DNA from: a virus
Taxonomy: Duplodnaviria > Caudoviricetes
Reading direction: 5' to 3' (one strand)
IMG/VR virus record: IMGVR_UViG_3300048850_000121
Coordinates: 1 to 36,153 of that record
DNA: 36,153 nucleotides
The notes under the pieces were generated by a model, which made no database searches, was not told the DNA's origin, and saw only the letters and a program-made list of their open reading frames with translations. The translations under genes were made by a program, and so were the position numbers. Shown here piece by piece: positions 1-9,282 of this stretch. Every line of letters begins with the position of its first letter. Position 1 is the stretch's first letter.

Positions 1-20
1 GGGAACGATGCTTCGCCCAT
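1..20 (-). CDS. 5' end of the next late gene (MGEASFP..., runs off the window)
   Basis: ATG at 20 preceded by a GGGGA purine tract just after the stop of 31..810. Confidence 0.4.
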
Positions 21-30
21 GGATTATCCC

Positions 31-810
31 CTAGAGGGTAAGGAGCGCGCTGTTGCGCGGCTCAGAAAAGTCGAAGACGGGAGCGCCGAACGCCTTGGCG
101 ATCGCCAGGGCTGTCAGCTGCGGCGCTGCCGGCCCTGCGCCCTCCAGCCCGGCGATGCGCTCGCTCAGCCTGGTCAGCACCTCATCGATCGCATCGGCAT
201 CAGCCTTGGCGTCGACTTCCTTTCCCAAGGCCTCGACAGATTCCTTGGTGGCCTTGCCGTTCAGCTGCTCGCCCACAGCCTTCGTGGCCGCTGCCGCCGC
301 TTTGTCGCCGAAGTCCAGCATGGCGTCGCCGACGGCCGCATCGACGGCGGGCACGGCGTATTCGTCTACCAGCCGCCGCGCCTCCGGCAGCACCGCGCTG
401 CGGCCAGCCGCCGCGCCAGCGGCCTCGACGTCGGACCAGAACGGCGCGACGGCGCCCGGCCGCGTCACACTGCCTGCCGTGGAGACGTCGAAGACGATCT
501 CGGCGGTCTGTCCGGCCGCCGTCCAGAAGACGACATAGGTGCCCGGCGCCGATGTCGGCACCACCACCTGCCAGCTGCCCGGCGCAGCCTCGACCGGCAC
601 CAGCGCCTGCGCGGCAGCCTCGTTGTCGCGCGTGCCTGGCTGCCAGTAGAGCGCGGCCAGCCCGGCCACGCCCGGCACCAGCGCGCCGGTCCGCTCGCTG
701 CGCACGTCCAGCCAGACCACGACGTCCGAGCCGATGGTGAAGCGGTAGACGCGCGCCGACTTCCTAGGGCCAAGGCGCGGCTCCAGGAGCACGTCGAGGA
801 TGCCCGACAT
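31..810 (-). CDS. Phage tail-region protein, beta-rich (Ig-like) N-terminus plus helical C-terminus
   Basis: 259 aa, co-oriented with tail genes; motif PGSWQVVVPTSAPGTYVVFW resembles Ig-like strands; Ala/Lys/Glu-rich helical tail. Confidence 0.65.
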   Translation of the reverse strand: MSGILDVLLEPRLGPRKSARVYRFTIGSDVVVWLDVRSERTGALVPGVAGLAALYWQPGTRDNEAAAQALVPVEAAPGSWQVVVPTSAPGTYVVFWTAAGQTAEIVFDVSTAGSVTRPGAVAPFWSDVEAAGAAAGRSAVLPEARRLVDEYAVPAVDAAVGDAMLDFGDKAAAAATKAVGEQLNGKATKESVEALGKEVDAKADADAIDEVLTRLSERIAGLEGAGPAAPQLTALAIAKAFGAPVFDFSEPRNSALLTL

Positions 811-851
811 GGCAAAACTCCAGATTGTGGATGGTCGGTCGGTAGCGGGCG

Positions 852-1328
852 TCAGCCCGCCGGGTCGAACGCTGGCAGGTCTGGCCAGCCTCCGGCGGGG
901 TCAATCGCTTCACCGGCCGCGATCGCGTCCAGCAGCGCGCTGCGGGCGGCGAACAGCGCCCAATAATGCCGCCCCGCCGCGACGGCGAGGCGCAGCACGG
1001 CGGGCGCATCCAACGACAGCCAGGAGTTGTCCGACAAGCGCCAGCCGAAGCTGTCAGGTAGGCCGCCCAGCTGCGCCATGCTCGCCGAGCTGCTCAGCGC
1101 CTCCCGGCTCGCCGGGTCCAGCTGTACGGCCCGGCCGTCGACCAGCGGCAGGCCGAGATCGAGGCGGCGCTGCCACTCAGCCATCACCGCGCCGCGCGGC
1201 TCTGGCACATAGGGCCCGATCTCCAGCCCCTCCAGCTGCGCGTCATCCGGCTTGACGGCGTGGCGGCTGCCATCGTCGCGCACCAGCAGCACATCGCTTC
1301 CGGCGGCGTTAGCGTAGGTCGCGTGCAT
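852..1328 (-). CDS. DUF4376-like tail fibre assembly/chaperone protein
   Basis: Follows the fibre gene by 1 nt; motifs VQLDPASREAL, WRLSDNSWLSL and terminal GGWP are typical of this family. Confidence 0.7.
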   Translation of the reverse strand: MHATYANAAGSDVLLVRDDGSRHAVKPDDAQLEGLEIGPYVPEPRGAVMAEWQRRLDLGLPLVDGRAVQLDPASREALSSSASMAQLGGLPDSFGWRLSDNSWLSLDAPAVLRLAVAAGRHYWALFAARSALLDAIAAGEAIDPAGGWPDLPAFDPAG

Positions 1329-1329
1329 C

Positions 1330-2097
1330 TCATCCCTCCAGATAGGCGCGCAGCTTTGGCCGCAGTTCTTTCAGTCGGACGCCGCCGATGTTCGCGTCGA
1401 TGCGCGCAAAGAATCGGACAAACTTGCCGACTGGATCGGCCGCAAAAGCGTATTCAGCCGATCCTGAAAAGGTAACGTAGCGGCTGGTGCCGGCGGCCAC
1501 CGTCGCGGCACCAAGAAACAGTGTCTGCTCCGTCACCGTGTCAGCGGCATTGCGGATGTCGGCGAGCAGGCTTGCAGTGCAGGCCGCAGCATTCGTGGTC
1601 TCGATCCGCGCGATTGCCTCGACCTCCAGCAGCCGCGTCTTTGCCGCCACGCCAATCACCACGAAGGCGGTCGGCGGGATGCCCAACTCGAAATCCACCA
1701 CGACCGGCGCCGCCTGCAGGTTGGCGCGCAGCGGGATAGATTCGCCGGGCAGGAAGCCCTCTGTGTCGCGCAGCGCCAGGTTGCCGGCGTTGGCCGCCAG
1801 GAAGATGTAGCGTGTCCCGGCGGGCCAGTTGATCGCGGCACCCGTGCTGCTGCGCTTGATGCTGGCGCGGGTCAGCGTGGCGGGCGAGCCGGCGGTGTAG
1901 ACGCCCTCGACCACCTCACGCAGGCTCGGCGTGATCAGGCTGTCCACCACGACGTAGGATACCCGCGCGCCACTCGGCACACCCGCGTTCACCATGGTGA
2001 AATGGCCGTCCAGCGCCGCCCCGAGCTGGTAGGTGCCGGTGCCCGTGGTGGTGCTCTGCACCAGCACGGCATCGGCGACGACGTTCGGTGTTCCCAC
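1330..2097 (-). CDS. Short tail fibre/receptor-binding-type protein
   Basis: GTG directly after upstream TAG; conserved-type N-terminus (VADAVLVQSTTTGTGTYQLGAA...EVVEGVYTAG...LTR) and a beta-rich C-terminal domain. Confidence 0.7.
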   Translation of the reverse strand: MGTPNVVADAVLVQSTTTGTGTYQLGAALDGHFTMVNAGVPSGARVSYVVVDSLITPSLREVVEGVYTAGSPATLTRASIKRSSTGAAINWPAGTRYIFLAANAGNLALRDTEGFLPGESIPLRANLQAAPVVVDFELGIPPTAFVVIGVAAKTRLLEVEAIARIETTNAAACTASLLADIRNAADTVTEQTLFLGAATVAAGTSRYVTFSGSAEYAFAADPVGKFVRFFARIDANIGGVRLKELRPKLRAYLEG

Positions 2098-3318
2098 CTA
2101 GCAATCCTCCTCGATCGAGATGTCCGCGGACCAAAAGACCTTGTTGTCCTCGCGCGGTGCCGGCGGCGCGCGGAACACACCCAGGATGCCGTCGCGCTCC
2201 GGCGCCAGGATCGATGGCGCCGCGAAGACCTGGCCCGTGGCGCCGACCAGCAGGGCGATATCGTCCAGCGCCACGGCATCGGCGGCATTCATGCTGGGCA
2301 GTCGCCAGTTGCGCTGCTGCAGCGTCACCGCCCGGGCCGGGTAGCGCACGCCGGAGCCGGCCGAGCGCTGGTTGCTGCCAAGGTCGCCGGCGCCGCGCTG
2401 CAGGCCGAAGCCGATGGCTTTGGACGTCACCAGCGCCGGGCCGATGTAGAGCCGGCCGAACTGGGCGTAGGGCTGCCCGGGCCCGAAGCCGAAGACGATG
2501 CGCCAGCGCCGCGCCACGACATCGGCCGGCAGCACGCAGGTCCAGCGCCCGCGCGGTGCCGGCGCCAGCGGCAGATCGCCGCTGTCATGCACCACCGCAC
2601 CCGCCGCGCTGTAGCCGATGGCCCGCCAGGTGCTGTCAGCGACCGGCAGGATGCCGTCGCGCGGCGCCGCCAGCAGCAGCAGCCGGCAGGCCACGTCCTG
2701 GCCCAGGTTGGCGTCGAGGCGGGTCTGCCCGGCAACGCGTACCAGCGTCGCCCCAGCCGCCTCGTATTCGAAGGCGCCCGTCACGACGGCCAGCGAGAAC
2801 GAGATGTTTCCGTCGACGGTCGGCCGGAACTGTACCGAGATCCGCTGCCAGTCGCTGCCCTGCGCCAAGGCGGACATCAGGTAGTCGACGCGCGAACTGG
2901 CCCCGGGGCCGGTCGGATAAACCAGCGAGATCGCCCGCCCCACGACGGAGGGCTGGTTGGGCCGGCGCCGCATCCAAACGGAGGCCGTGTACAGGTAGCC
3001 CGCCAGGACCGCAGGAGAGCCGGCCCGGACGAACGCACCTCCCGTTTCCGGGTTCCGGTAGGCCGTGGCGCCAGTCACCCCGCTGGGAGGCGGCACCGCG
3101 CCGATCCGCTCGACGTTGCCGCCGGCCACGGCGCCCGCCGCCGTATCGGTCGGCAAGGCCAGCAGGATCTCCGCTTCCGGGGCGAGCCGCCAAACGTCGG
3201 CCACCTGCGTCGTCAGCACCGAGCGCAGACCGAGGCCGCTGACCTCGCTGGTCGTGCTCAGCTCCGCCAGCGGCGACGCTGCGGCGTTCCATTCCATTGG
3301 CGCGATGATCGCCGCCAT
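2098..3318 (-). CDS. Tail tip/distal tail-type protein with probable inserted carbohydrate-binding-like domain
   Basis: 406 aa in the tail operon; ARRWRIVF...QFGRLYIGP and terminal ISIEE motifs seen in siphophage tail proteins; internal YTASVWMR...SDWQRISVQF is CBM4/9-like. Confidence 0.65.
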   Translation of the reverse strand: MAAIIAPMEWNAAASPLAELSTTSEVSGLGLRSVLTTQVADVWRLAPEAEILLALPTDTAAGAVAGGNVERIGAVPPPSGVTGATAYRNPETGGAFVRAGSPAVLAGYLYTASVWMRRRPNQPSVVGRAISLVYPTGPGASSRVDYLMSALAQGSDWQRISVQFRPTVDGNISFSLAVVTGAFEYEAAGATLVRVAGQTRLDANLGQDVACRLLLLAAPRDGILPVADSTWRAIGYSAAGAVVHDSGDLPLAPAPRGRWTCVLPADVVARRWRIVFGFGPGQPYAQFGRLYIGPALVTSKAIGFGLQRGAGDLGSNQRSAGSGVRYPARAVTLQQRNWRLPSMNAADAVALDDIALLVGATGQVFAAPSILAPERDGILGVFRAPPAPREDNKVFWSADISIEEDC

Positions 3319-3322
3319 TCTC

Positions 3323-5044
3323 TTACCCCCAGACGGTCAATGTCAGGCTGTCGCCCCGCACGCTCAGGTCGCGCACCAGCAGCGGCTTGGGCTGGCGCAG
3401 CGCCGCGATATCCGGCCAGGTCAGGGTCAGCACCGCGCCAGGCATCACCATCTGCGGCACGATGGCGCCGGTGCCGGTGCGCAGCGGCAGCCGCCAGGAC
3501 CGGCGCGGCTTGCCGAACAGCCCCAGCAGCCGCCACGCCATCGCCGCCGCCGGCGCCTCGGCATCGAACACCGAGTCCAGCTCCGGCCCATCGATCGCCG
3601 ATGGCAGGGACTGCACACCCGGGTCATAGGCAGGCTGCGCCAGCCGGCTGGCCTGCGTCAGGAAGGCACGCTCCGCTCCGCCCACGAGCGGCGCCACATC
3701 CTCGCCGGCCATCAGCCGGTCCAGCACCTGGAAGCCGACCCGGGCACGGAACCAGGGCGGCTCCGCCAGATCCACTTCCTCCGGCGGCGCCGCCAGCATC
3801 CACGGCTCCAGCGCCAGCCCGGCGCCGACGCCCTCCGGCGCCACCACCACGCCGCCGCGATAGCTGCCGAAGGCGTCGCCGCCCCACCAGCCGCCGACGC
3901 CTGCCGCCAGCTGCTCCATCGCCTCGGCGACCGTGCCGCCCTCGACCCACAAACCGGCCTCAGCGGTCGGCCAGCCCGCGAAGGCCTCCGGCGTGGCGCG
4001 CGCCGCCGTGATGCCGGCCGGGCCGCGCAGCAGCTTCAGCGCGATGCTCATGGGCGAGCCGGCGGCGTAGCCGATGCTGGCCAGCCCGACGTCGCCGCGC
4101 GCCGCGACGGTCACCAGCGAGGTGGCCGAGCCGAAGCGCACGTAGCCGCCAGCCAGGCAGGTCGCGTAGCGCCCCTCCGGCAGGGTCAAGGCTGCCAGAT
4201 CGGCATAGGTCGCCACATCGGCCGTGAAGACCTGCGGCACGCCTCGGTTTCGCGCCGCCACGACCCGGGTGATTGCCCCGTCGTTCAGCTGGAAGATCTC
4301 AAGGGCGCTGCTGACTTGCACCGGCGGGAAGTTCTGCCGGACGCCCAGCAGGCGCGGCTTGGCCTGGCCGGTCAGCTCGCTGCCACCTTCCGGGCCGCCC
4401 GTGCCGGCATAGGTGGAACAAGCCGGAACCGAGAGGTCGGCCGCGAGGCTTTCCAGCGTCAGCCGCACCCGGCCGTTGCCGCCCAGTGGCGCCCGCACCC
4501 GCATCTCAGCGACCCGGCCGATGTCGGCTGCCCGGGCGTGCCGTGGCCGCAGATGCGGCCCCCGGCGGATGATGACGCTACGCCCGGCCAGCCGGCCGTC
4601 GCCCAGCAGGCTGTCCAGCCCGCCATCGGCATTGGCCAACAGCAACTCGCCCGCAGCCACTTCCGCCCGCCGCCCCTCGCTAGGGTAGAGCGGCAGGCCC
4701 AGCTCCAGCGCCGGCGGCTCCAGCAGCCGCGACGGCCAGGGCTGGTTCGGCGCGTCCGGATCGTCCGGCTCGCCAATCCAGCCCCGGTCGGAGGCGAAGA
4801 CCGGCTGCACCACCGAGGCTGACGCCGGCATGGCGACAGCGCCGACCGGCAGGCCCGACACCATGCCGAACGGCGCCGGTCGGGGCTGGCCGCCGCCGCC
4901 GCCAGGCGCCGCGATCTCGATTGCCCAGAGAGACTGGGCGGCCGGCAGATCGCGCACCCGCACCGTGCCGGCCGCGGCGAAGGACCGCGTGGACGGCCAG
5001 ACCGCCGCGACCGGGGTGGCCGCGACGGGCCCGAAGCCGCTCAC
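3323..5044 (-). CDS. Tail tip/hub protein
   Basis: 573 aa, GTGA overlap with the tape measure stop; YAGTGGPEGGSELTGQAKPRLLG and GRYATCLAGGYVRFG motifs typical of post-TMP tail proteins. Confidence 0.7.
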   Translation of the reverse strand: MSGFGPVAATPVAAVWPSTRSFAAAGTVRVRDLPAAQSLWAIEIAAPGGGGGQPRPAPFGMVSGLPVGAVAMPASASVVQPVFASDRGWIGEPDDPDAPNQPWPSRLLEPPALELGLPLYPSEGRRAEVAAGELLLANADGGLDSLLGDGRLAGRSVIIRRGPHLRPRHARAADIGRVAEMRVRAPLGGNGRVRLTLESLAADLSVPACSTYAGTGGPEGGSELTGQAKPRLLGVRQNFPPVQVSSALEIFQLNDGAITRVVAARNRGVPQVFTADVATYADLAALTLPEGRYATCLAGGYVRFGSATSLVTVAARGDVGLASIGYAAGSPMSIALKLLRGPAGITAARATPEAFAGWPTAEAGLWVEGGTVAEAMEQLAAGVGGWWGGDAFGSYRGGVVVAPEGVGAGLALEPWMLAAPPEEVDLAEPPWFRARVGFQVLDRLMAGEDVAPLVGGAERAFLTQASRLAQPAYDPGVQSLPSAIDGPELDSVFDAEAPAAAMAWRLLGLFGKPRRSWRLPLRTGTGAIVPQMVMPGAVLTLTWPDIAALRQPKPLLVRDLSVRGDSLTLTVWG

Positions 5045-8000
5045 CGGGCGCCAGCCCGCACACGGTAAGTGCGGAACTCCTCCTTCAGATCATCGACAGA
5101 CCGGGTCAGCGTTGTGACGGCATCGGTGTTCGGCACCATCACCCGCTCCAGCCCGGCCGCCAGGTTGTCGGTGAACCCGGGCAGGTTCAGTGACGCCCCC
5201 AGGCTCCGCGTGGTCGACAGCACCATCTCGCGCATCATCGCCGCCTGCTCCCCGGTCGCGTTGAAGTTGCTGTTGGCGTTCAGCAGGTTGTTCGCCGCCG
5301 AGGTGTAGGAGCCAAGATCGCCACCATTGCGGGCAGCGGTCAGCGCTTCCTGGAACTGCGCCTGCGCCGCCTGGAACGCCTGCTGCGGCGACACCCCTGC
5401 CCCGCCGATCGCCTGATCGCCGAGGAAGGACTGCAGCGTGCCGGCTTCCGCCTTCAGTCGCTGCAGGCCCGTTAACTCGGCGTTGAGCGCCGTCTCCACC
5501 CGCTGCTGGGCGAGGTCGGCGGCCTGGCGATTGAAGTCGCGCTCGATCGCCAGCCGCTCCTCCGCGAAAGTCCGCTCCAGCAGCAGCACGTCCGTCGCGC
5601 CGTCTCTCGCAGCGTTCGCCCGCTCGATCTCCGCCCGGCGGTCGAAGATCTGCAGCCGGCCGCCGAGCGATTCCGCATCACCATTCGCGTTCTGGATACG
5701 GTCCCAGAGGCTGTAGTTGGTGGAGCGGACGTTCATCGCTGCCCGCTGCGCCGCCTCAGTCGCCGCCGTGGAGTCGACGGTCGCCTTCGTGTTGGCCAGT
5801 ACCTCACGCGCCAGCACTGCCATGGCGTCGTCCCAGCCGACGAAGCTCTGCGCGATGTCCTGCAACTGGGCTTCCGTCAGCTGGCCCAGCGCCGCCCGAG
5901 CCTGCGAGTTGTACAGATCCTCCGGATTGCGGCCGACGCTGCGGTACAGGCTGGAGTTGGTCTCGTAGTTCTCCCGGATGTCGCGCAGACCCTGAATGTA
6001 GCCCCGGCCCTGCGACTGCCACATCGACTGGTCGTAGCCCTTGGCAACCTCCGCCCGGGCGGCGTCGATGGCCTCCTGCTGGCGCTTGGCCAGTCCGTCC
6101 GTGGCCAGACCCAACTCCTGCGCCTTGCTGATCGCTGCTGCCCACTGTGCGGTCAACGACACCAGCCCGGCCTCGAAGTTCTCCAGCCCCGTCCGCGCCT
6201 GCTCCAAGGGCTTGGACAGTTCCTTGTACTGGCCGTTGTAGAAGTCGAGGTTCGCCAGCGTGGTCTCGACGTTGCCGCCGCTGGCATTGATGACGGACTG
6301 CACCTCGACGGACGCCATGCCCTTCATGCTTTCGATGATCGCCGCCGTCATCTCGGCGATCAGCTGCTTCGCGCCAGCTTCGTCGTTTTTGTATGAGCGC
6401 TCTCGCCCGCCGTAGGAGCCGATCAGGCCATCGCGCGCCCCGGCGGCGATCTCGAAGTTGAACGGAGTCTGCGACACGCCCAGCGCACCGCGCAGGCTCG
6501 CCGCCATGTCACTGACCGACTTGCCGAGGTTCGACGCGAGGTCGCGGTTCTCCTGGCTGAAGCGGTCCCCCGTCAGGCCGCCGACATTGCTAAGCCCGGT
6601 CTGCAGGTTGCCGCGGTACACCCCCGTCTTGTCGCTGGGCTTCTGCCCGTCCAGGAAATAGCTGGCAGCGAGCGCGGCCAGAGCGACGTAGGGCGCCGCG
6701 ACGGCAATGGCACCAAGCGCTGCCGAGGCGCCCGCACCGCCAGCCAGCGCGGCCGCACCACCTGCCATGGAGGCAGCACCGCCGACACCCTGCGCGATCC
6801 CTTTCGCGCCACCCGTCTGGAAGCCTTGGTAGATGCCATAGGCGCCGCCAGCCACACCCAGAGCGCCAGTCGCCGCCTGGCCGTAGGAAACCGATGACCC
6901 GTTCAAGCCGGAGTAGGCCTGGCTATTAATGACCCCGTCCACCGACGCGAAGCCGGTCTTGTAGAGGCCACCCTCGCCACCAGTGAAGGTCTTGCCCAGT
7001 AGCTTGGCGGCATCCATCGTCGAGAGGCCCGTGGCCCCCGCCACGCTGCCCGGCGTGGCGCCGGGCGCCCCCGTACTACCCGCGACCGCTGCCGCACCGC
7101 CCATCAAGGATGTGACGATGGGCGTGACGATCGGTCGGATGATCGCCTCGGCCGCGATGCGGGCGAAGGTGCTTTTGGCCGTGCTTTCGAAGGTCTCCAG
7201 CATGCCGGCCCAGCCGGCGCCGTTCTTGTTGAACAGATCAGCGAAGCGGTCGGCGGAGTATTCAACGACGCTGTCTGTGCTACGCTCGATCAGGCGCTCT
7301 TGCTTCTCTTGCGACGACTTCTGATCACGCTCGATTTTCTCCCGGGCACGCTTCTGCACGTCGGGGTCCAGGGCAGTCCCCCGGATCTTCGTCAGGATGG
7401 CCTGTTCCGACCGGGCATCGCCGTCCGTGCCCAACAGCAGCTCACTACGGCTGCTGATGCGCAGCTGGTCGTAGATCTTCAGCGTTTCGGCCGCGGCTTC
7501 CTTCTCAGCCTTCAGCGCCTCACGCCGCGCCTTGGATTCAGCAGTGCGAGCTTCGGCATCACGCTTCGCCGTGCCGTCCAACTTCTTCAGCGCTTCATCG
7601 CGTTCCGTGGTGGCCAGCGCGATCAGACGCTGCCCTTCGACCGCCGAGACGCCGCCTGGCCTATCGATCAGCGCGTTGATCTCTTTGACGCGCTTTTCCC
7701 ATGCCTGGCGGGTTGCGAAATCCTTATCGAGGCTCGTGCGCAAAGCCGTCAGCTGAGTCTCGCTCTGACGCCGCTGGTTCTCCAGGCGCTTTGCAGCCGC
7801 GTCCGCCGCCTCGGCCTGTTCATCCTCGCGCCCCTCGCGAAGGAGTGCCAGCCGCGCCGCGTTCGACTCCTGCAGCTGCTTTTCGACCTGAGCCAGTTCC
7901 TCACGCATGTCAGCGGCCAGATCGCCGCCAGCATTGCGGTTGCCCACGATCTGGGCTCGGCGCGCATAACCTCCGGTCGGCGCGGTCAGAGACGGGCCGG

Positions 8001-9135
8001 GCGCTTCTACCGCCCGGATACGGCTGCGCAGGTAGTCCGCGCGCCCGGAAAGGTCACTGGTCCGTGCGGCCTCAGCATCTGGCGCGCTGGGGAATGCACG
8101 CACCGTCGCTCCGTCAAGCGCGCGGGCCGCAGCGGCCAAGCCCTGTGCCAGACGCTGCGACAGGCCGATGGCCTGGTCCATCCGGGCCAGAAAGTTACTG
8201 CTGGCCACCGTCATCTGGTCGAAGGCCCGCGCCATGGTGACGGGCATCTTTTCGTACTCGGCGTTGATCGCCTCGCCAGCGCGCAGCAACGCCGGCAGCA
8301 CGGTGTCTGCCGTCAACTTGCCTTCCGAGCCCATCTTGCGCAGCTCGCCGACACCGACCCCCAGCTCGCGGGCCAGAGCCACGGCGAGGTTCGGCATGTT
8401 CTCCAGCAGGGAGCGCAGTTCATCGCCCTGCAGCACGCCGGAGGCCAGCGCCTGACCTAGCTGCAGAGCACCCGCCGCCGCCTCCTGGCCGCTGGCACCG
8501 CCAACGATGGCAGCCTTTTGCATGGTCTCAACTAAGCGAATAGCCTGGTCGTTTGTCGCGCCGACTTCCTTCGTCGCGATGGAGAAGCGCTGAAACTGGG
8601 TCACGCCCTCAGACACGGCCTGGCCGGTCTGCAGGCTCAGCTTATACAACCGGTCATAGACGACCGCGGTTTGCTCCATGCTGCCTGTGGCGCTGTTGAT
8701 GCGGCCAAGCGAGGCCACCATATCGTCGCCGGCCTTTGCGACCTGGACCAGCCCTACCGACAAAGCGCCAAGACCTGCCGCTGCAGCCAAGCCGGCCGGG
8801 CCGAAAGCGCTAAGGGCACTGCCTGCCGGACCAAGCCGCCCAGCCATGCTGGTCAGGCTGCCGCCTAGTTCGCCCACTGCGTTCGAGAAGCCACTAGCCG
8901 AGGTCGTGCCGCGCTGGAAGTTGGAGTGCAGTGCATCCAGTGCCTGCGTGCCGCGCTCGATCAGCGCCGGATTCTTCTCCATCGTGCGCTGCACCAGCGC
9001 GACATCCTGTTCGTACTTGCGCTGTGCTCCGGCAAGGGTGCCAAGCCGGCCTTCCAAGCGCGCGAAGTCGGCATCGACCTGCGCTACGCCGGACGTGCTG
9101 AGTTCAGCAACTAGTTTGCCGGCGGTTCCAGACAT
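5041..9135 (-). CDS. Tail tape measure protein
   Basis: 1364 aa Ala/Gly-rich helical protein; tape-measure N-terminal signature LQLGQALASGVLQGDELRSLLEN; position after tail chaperones. Confidence 0.93.
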   Translation of the reverse strand: MSGTAGKLVAELSTSGVAQVDADFARLEGRLGTLAGAQRKYEQDVALVQRTMEKNPALIERGTQALDALHSNFQRGTTSASGFSNAVGELGGSLTSMAGRLGPAGSALSAFGPAGLAAAAGLGALSVGLVQVAKAGDDMVASLGRINSATGSMEQTAVVYDRLYKLSLQTGQAVSEGVTQFQRFSIATKEVGATNDQAIRLVETMQKAAIVGGASGQEAAAGALQLGQALASGVLQGDELRSLLENMPNLAVALARELGVGVGELRKMGSEGKLTADTVLPALLRAGEAINAEYEKMPVTMARAFDQMTVASSNFLARMDQAIGLSQRLAQGLAAAARALDGATVRAFPSAPDAEAARTSDLSGRADYLRSRIRAVEAPGPSLTAPTGGYARRAQIVGNRNAGGDLAADMREELAQVEKQLQESNAARLALLREGREDEQAEAADAAAKRLENQRRQSETQLTALRTSLDKDFATRQAWEKRVKEINALIDRPGGVSAVEGQRLIALATTERDEALKKLDGTAKRDAEARTAESKARREALKAEKEAAAETLKIYDQLRISSRSELLLGTDGDARSEQAILTKIRGTALDPDVQKRAREKIERDQKSSQEKQERLIERSTDSVVEYSADRFADLFNKNGAGWAGMLETFESTAKSTFARIAAEAIIRPIVTPIVTSLMGGAAAVAGSTGAPGATPGSVAGATGLSTMDAAKLLGKTFTGGEGGLYKTGFASVDGVINSQAYSGLNGSSVSYGQAATGALGVAGGAYGIYQGFQTGGAKGIAQGVGGAASMAGGAAALAGGAGASAALGAIAVAAPYVALAALAASYFLDGQKPSDKTGVYRGNLQTGLSNVGGLTGDRFSQENRDLASNLGKSVSDMAASLRGALGVSQTPFNFEIAAGARDGLIGSYGGRERSYKNDEAGAKQLIAEMTAAIIESMKGMASVEVQSVINASGGNVETTLANLDFYNGQYKELSKPLEQARTGLENFEAGLVSLTAQWAAAISKAQELGLATDGLAKRQQEAIDAARAEVAKGYDQSMWQSQGRGYIQGLRDIRENYETNSSLYRSVGRNPEDLYNSQARAALGQLTEAQLQDIAQSFVGWDDAMAVLAREVLANTKATVDSTAATEAAQRAAMNVRSTNYSLWDRIQNANGDAESLGGRLQIFDRRAEIERANAARDGATDVLLLERTFAEERLAIERDFNRQAADLAQQRVETALNAELTGLQRLKAEAGTLQSFLGDQAIGGAGVSPQQAFQAAQAQFQEALTAARNGGDLGSYTSAANNLLNANSNFNATGEQAAMMREMVLSTTRSLGASLNLPGFTDNLAAGLERVMVPNTDAVTTLTRSVDDLKEEFRTYRVRAGAR

Positions 9136-9146
9136 CGGATGCCCTC

Positions 9147-9172
9147 AAAAAAGAAGGCGCCCAAAGGCGCCT
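9147..9172 (-). terminator. Intrinsic terminator-like hairpin immediately upstream of the tape measure RBS
   Basis: Minus strand AGGCGCC-TTTG-GGCGCCT followed by TCTTTTTT, then GAGGG RBS and ATG. Confidence 0.65.
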
Positions 9173-9282
9173 GTGTTGTGGGACGGAAACGTTACGTTTC
9201 GACCGAATTCCAAGTTGATTTCGATGCTCGAAGAAAGCTGGAATGCGATAAAACATTCCGATATCAAATCGGGAGAATCGTA

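Noticed and set aside
31-5044. Diversity-generating retroelement or invertible tail fibre cassette
   Set aside because: No reverse transcriptase or invertase, and no template/variable repeat pair seen by eye.
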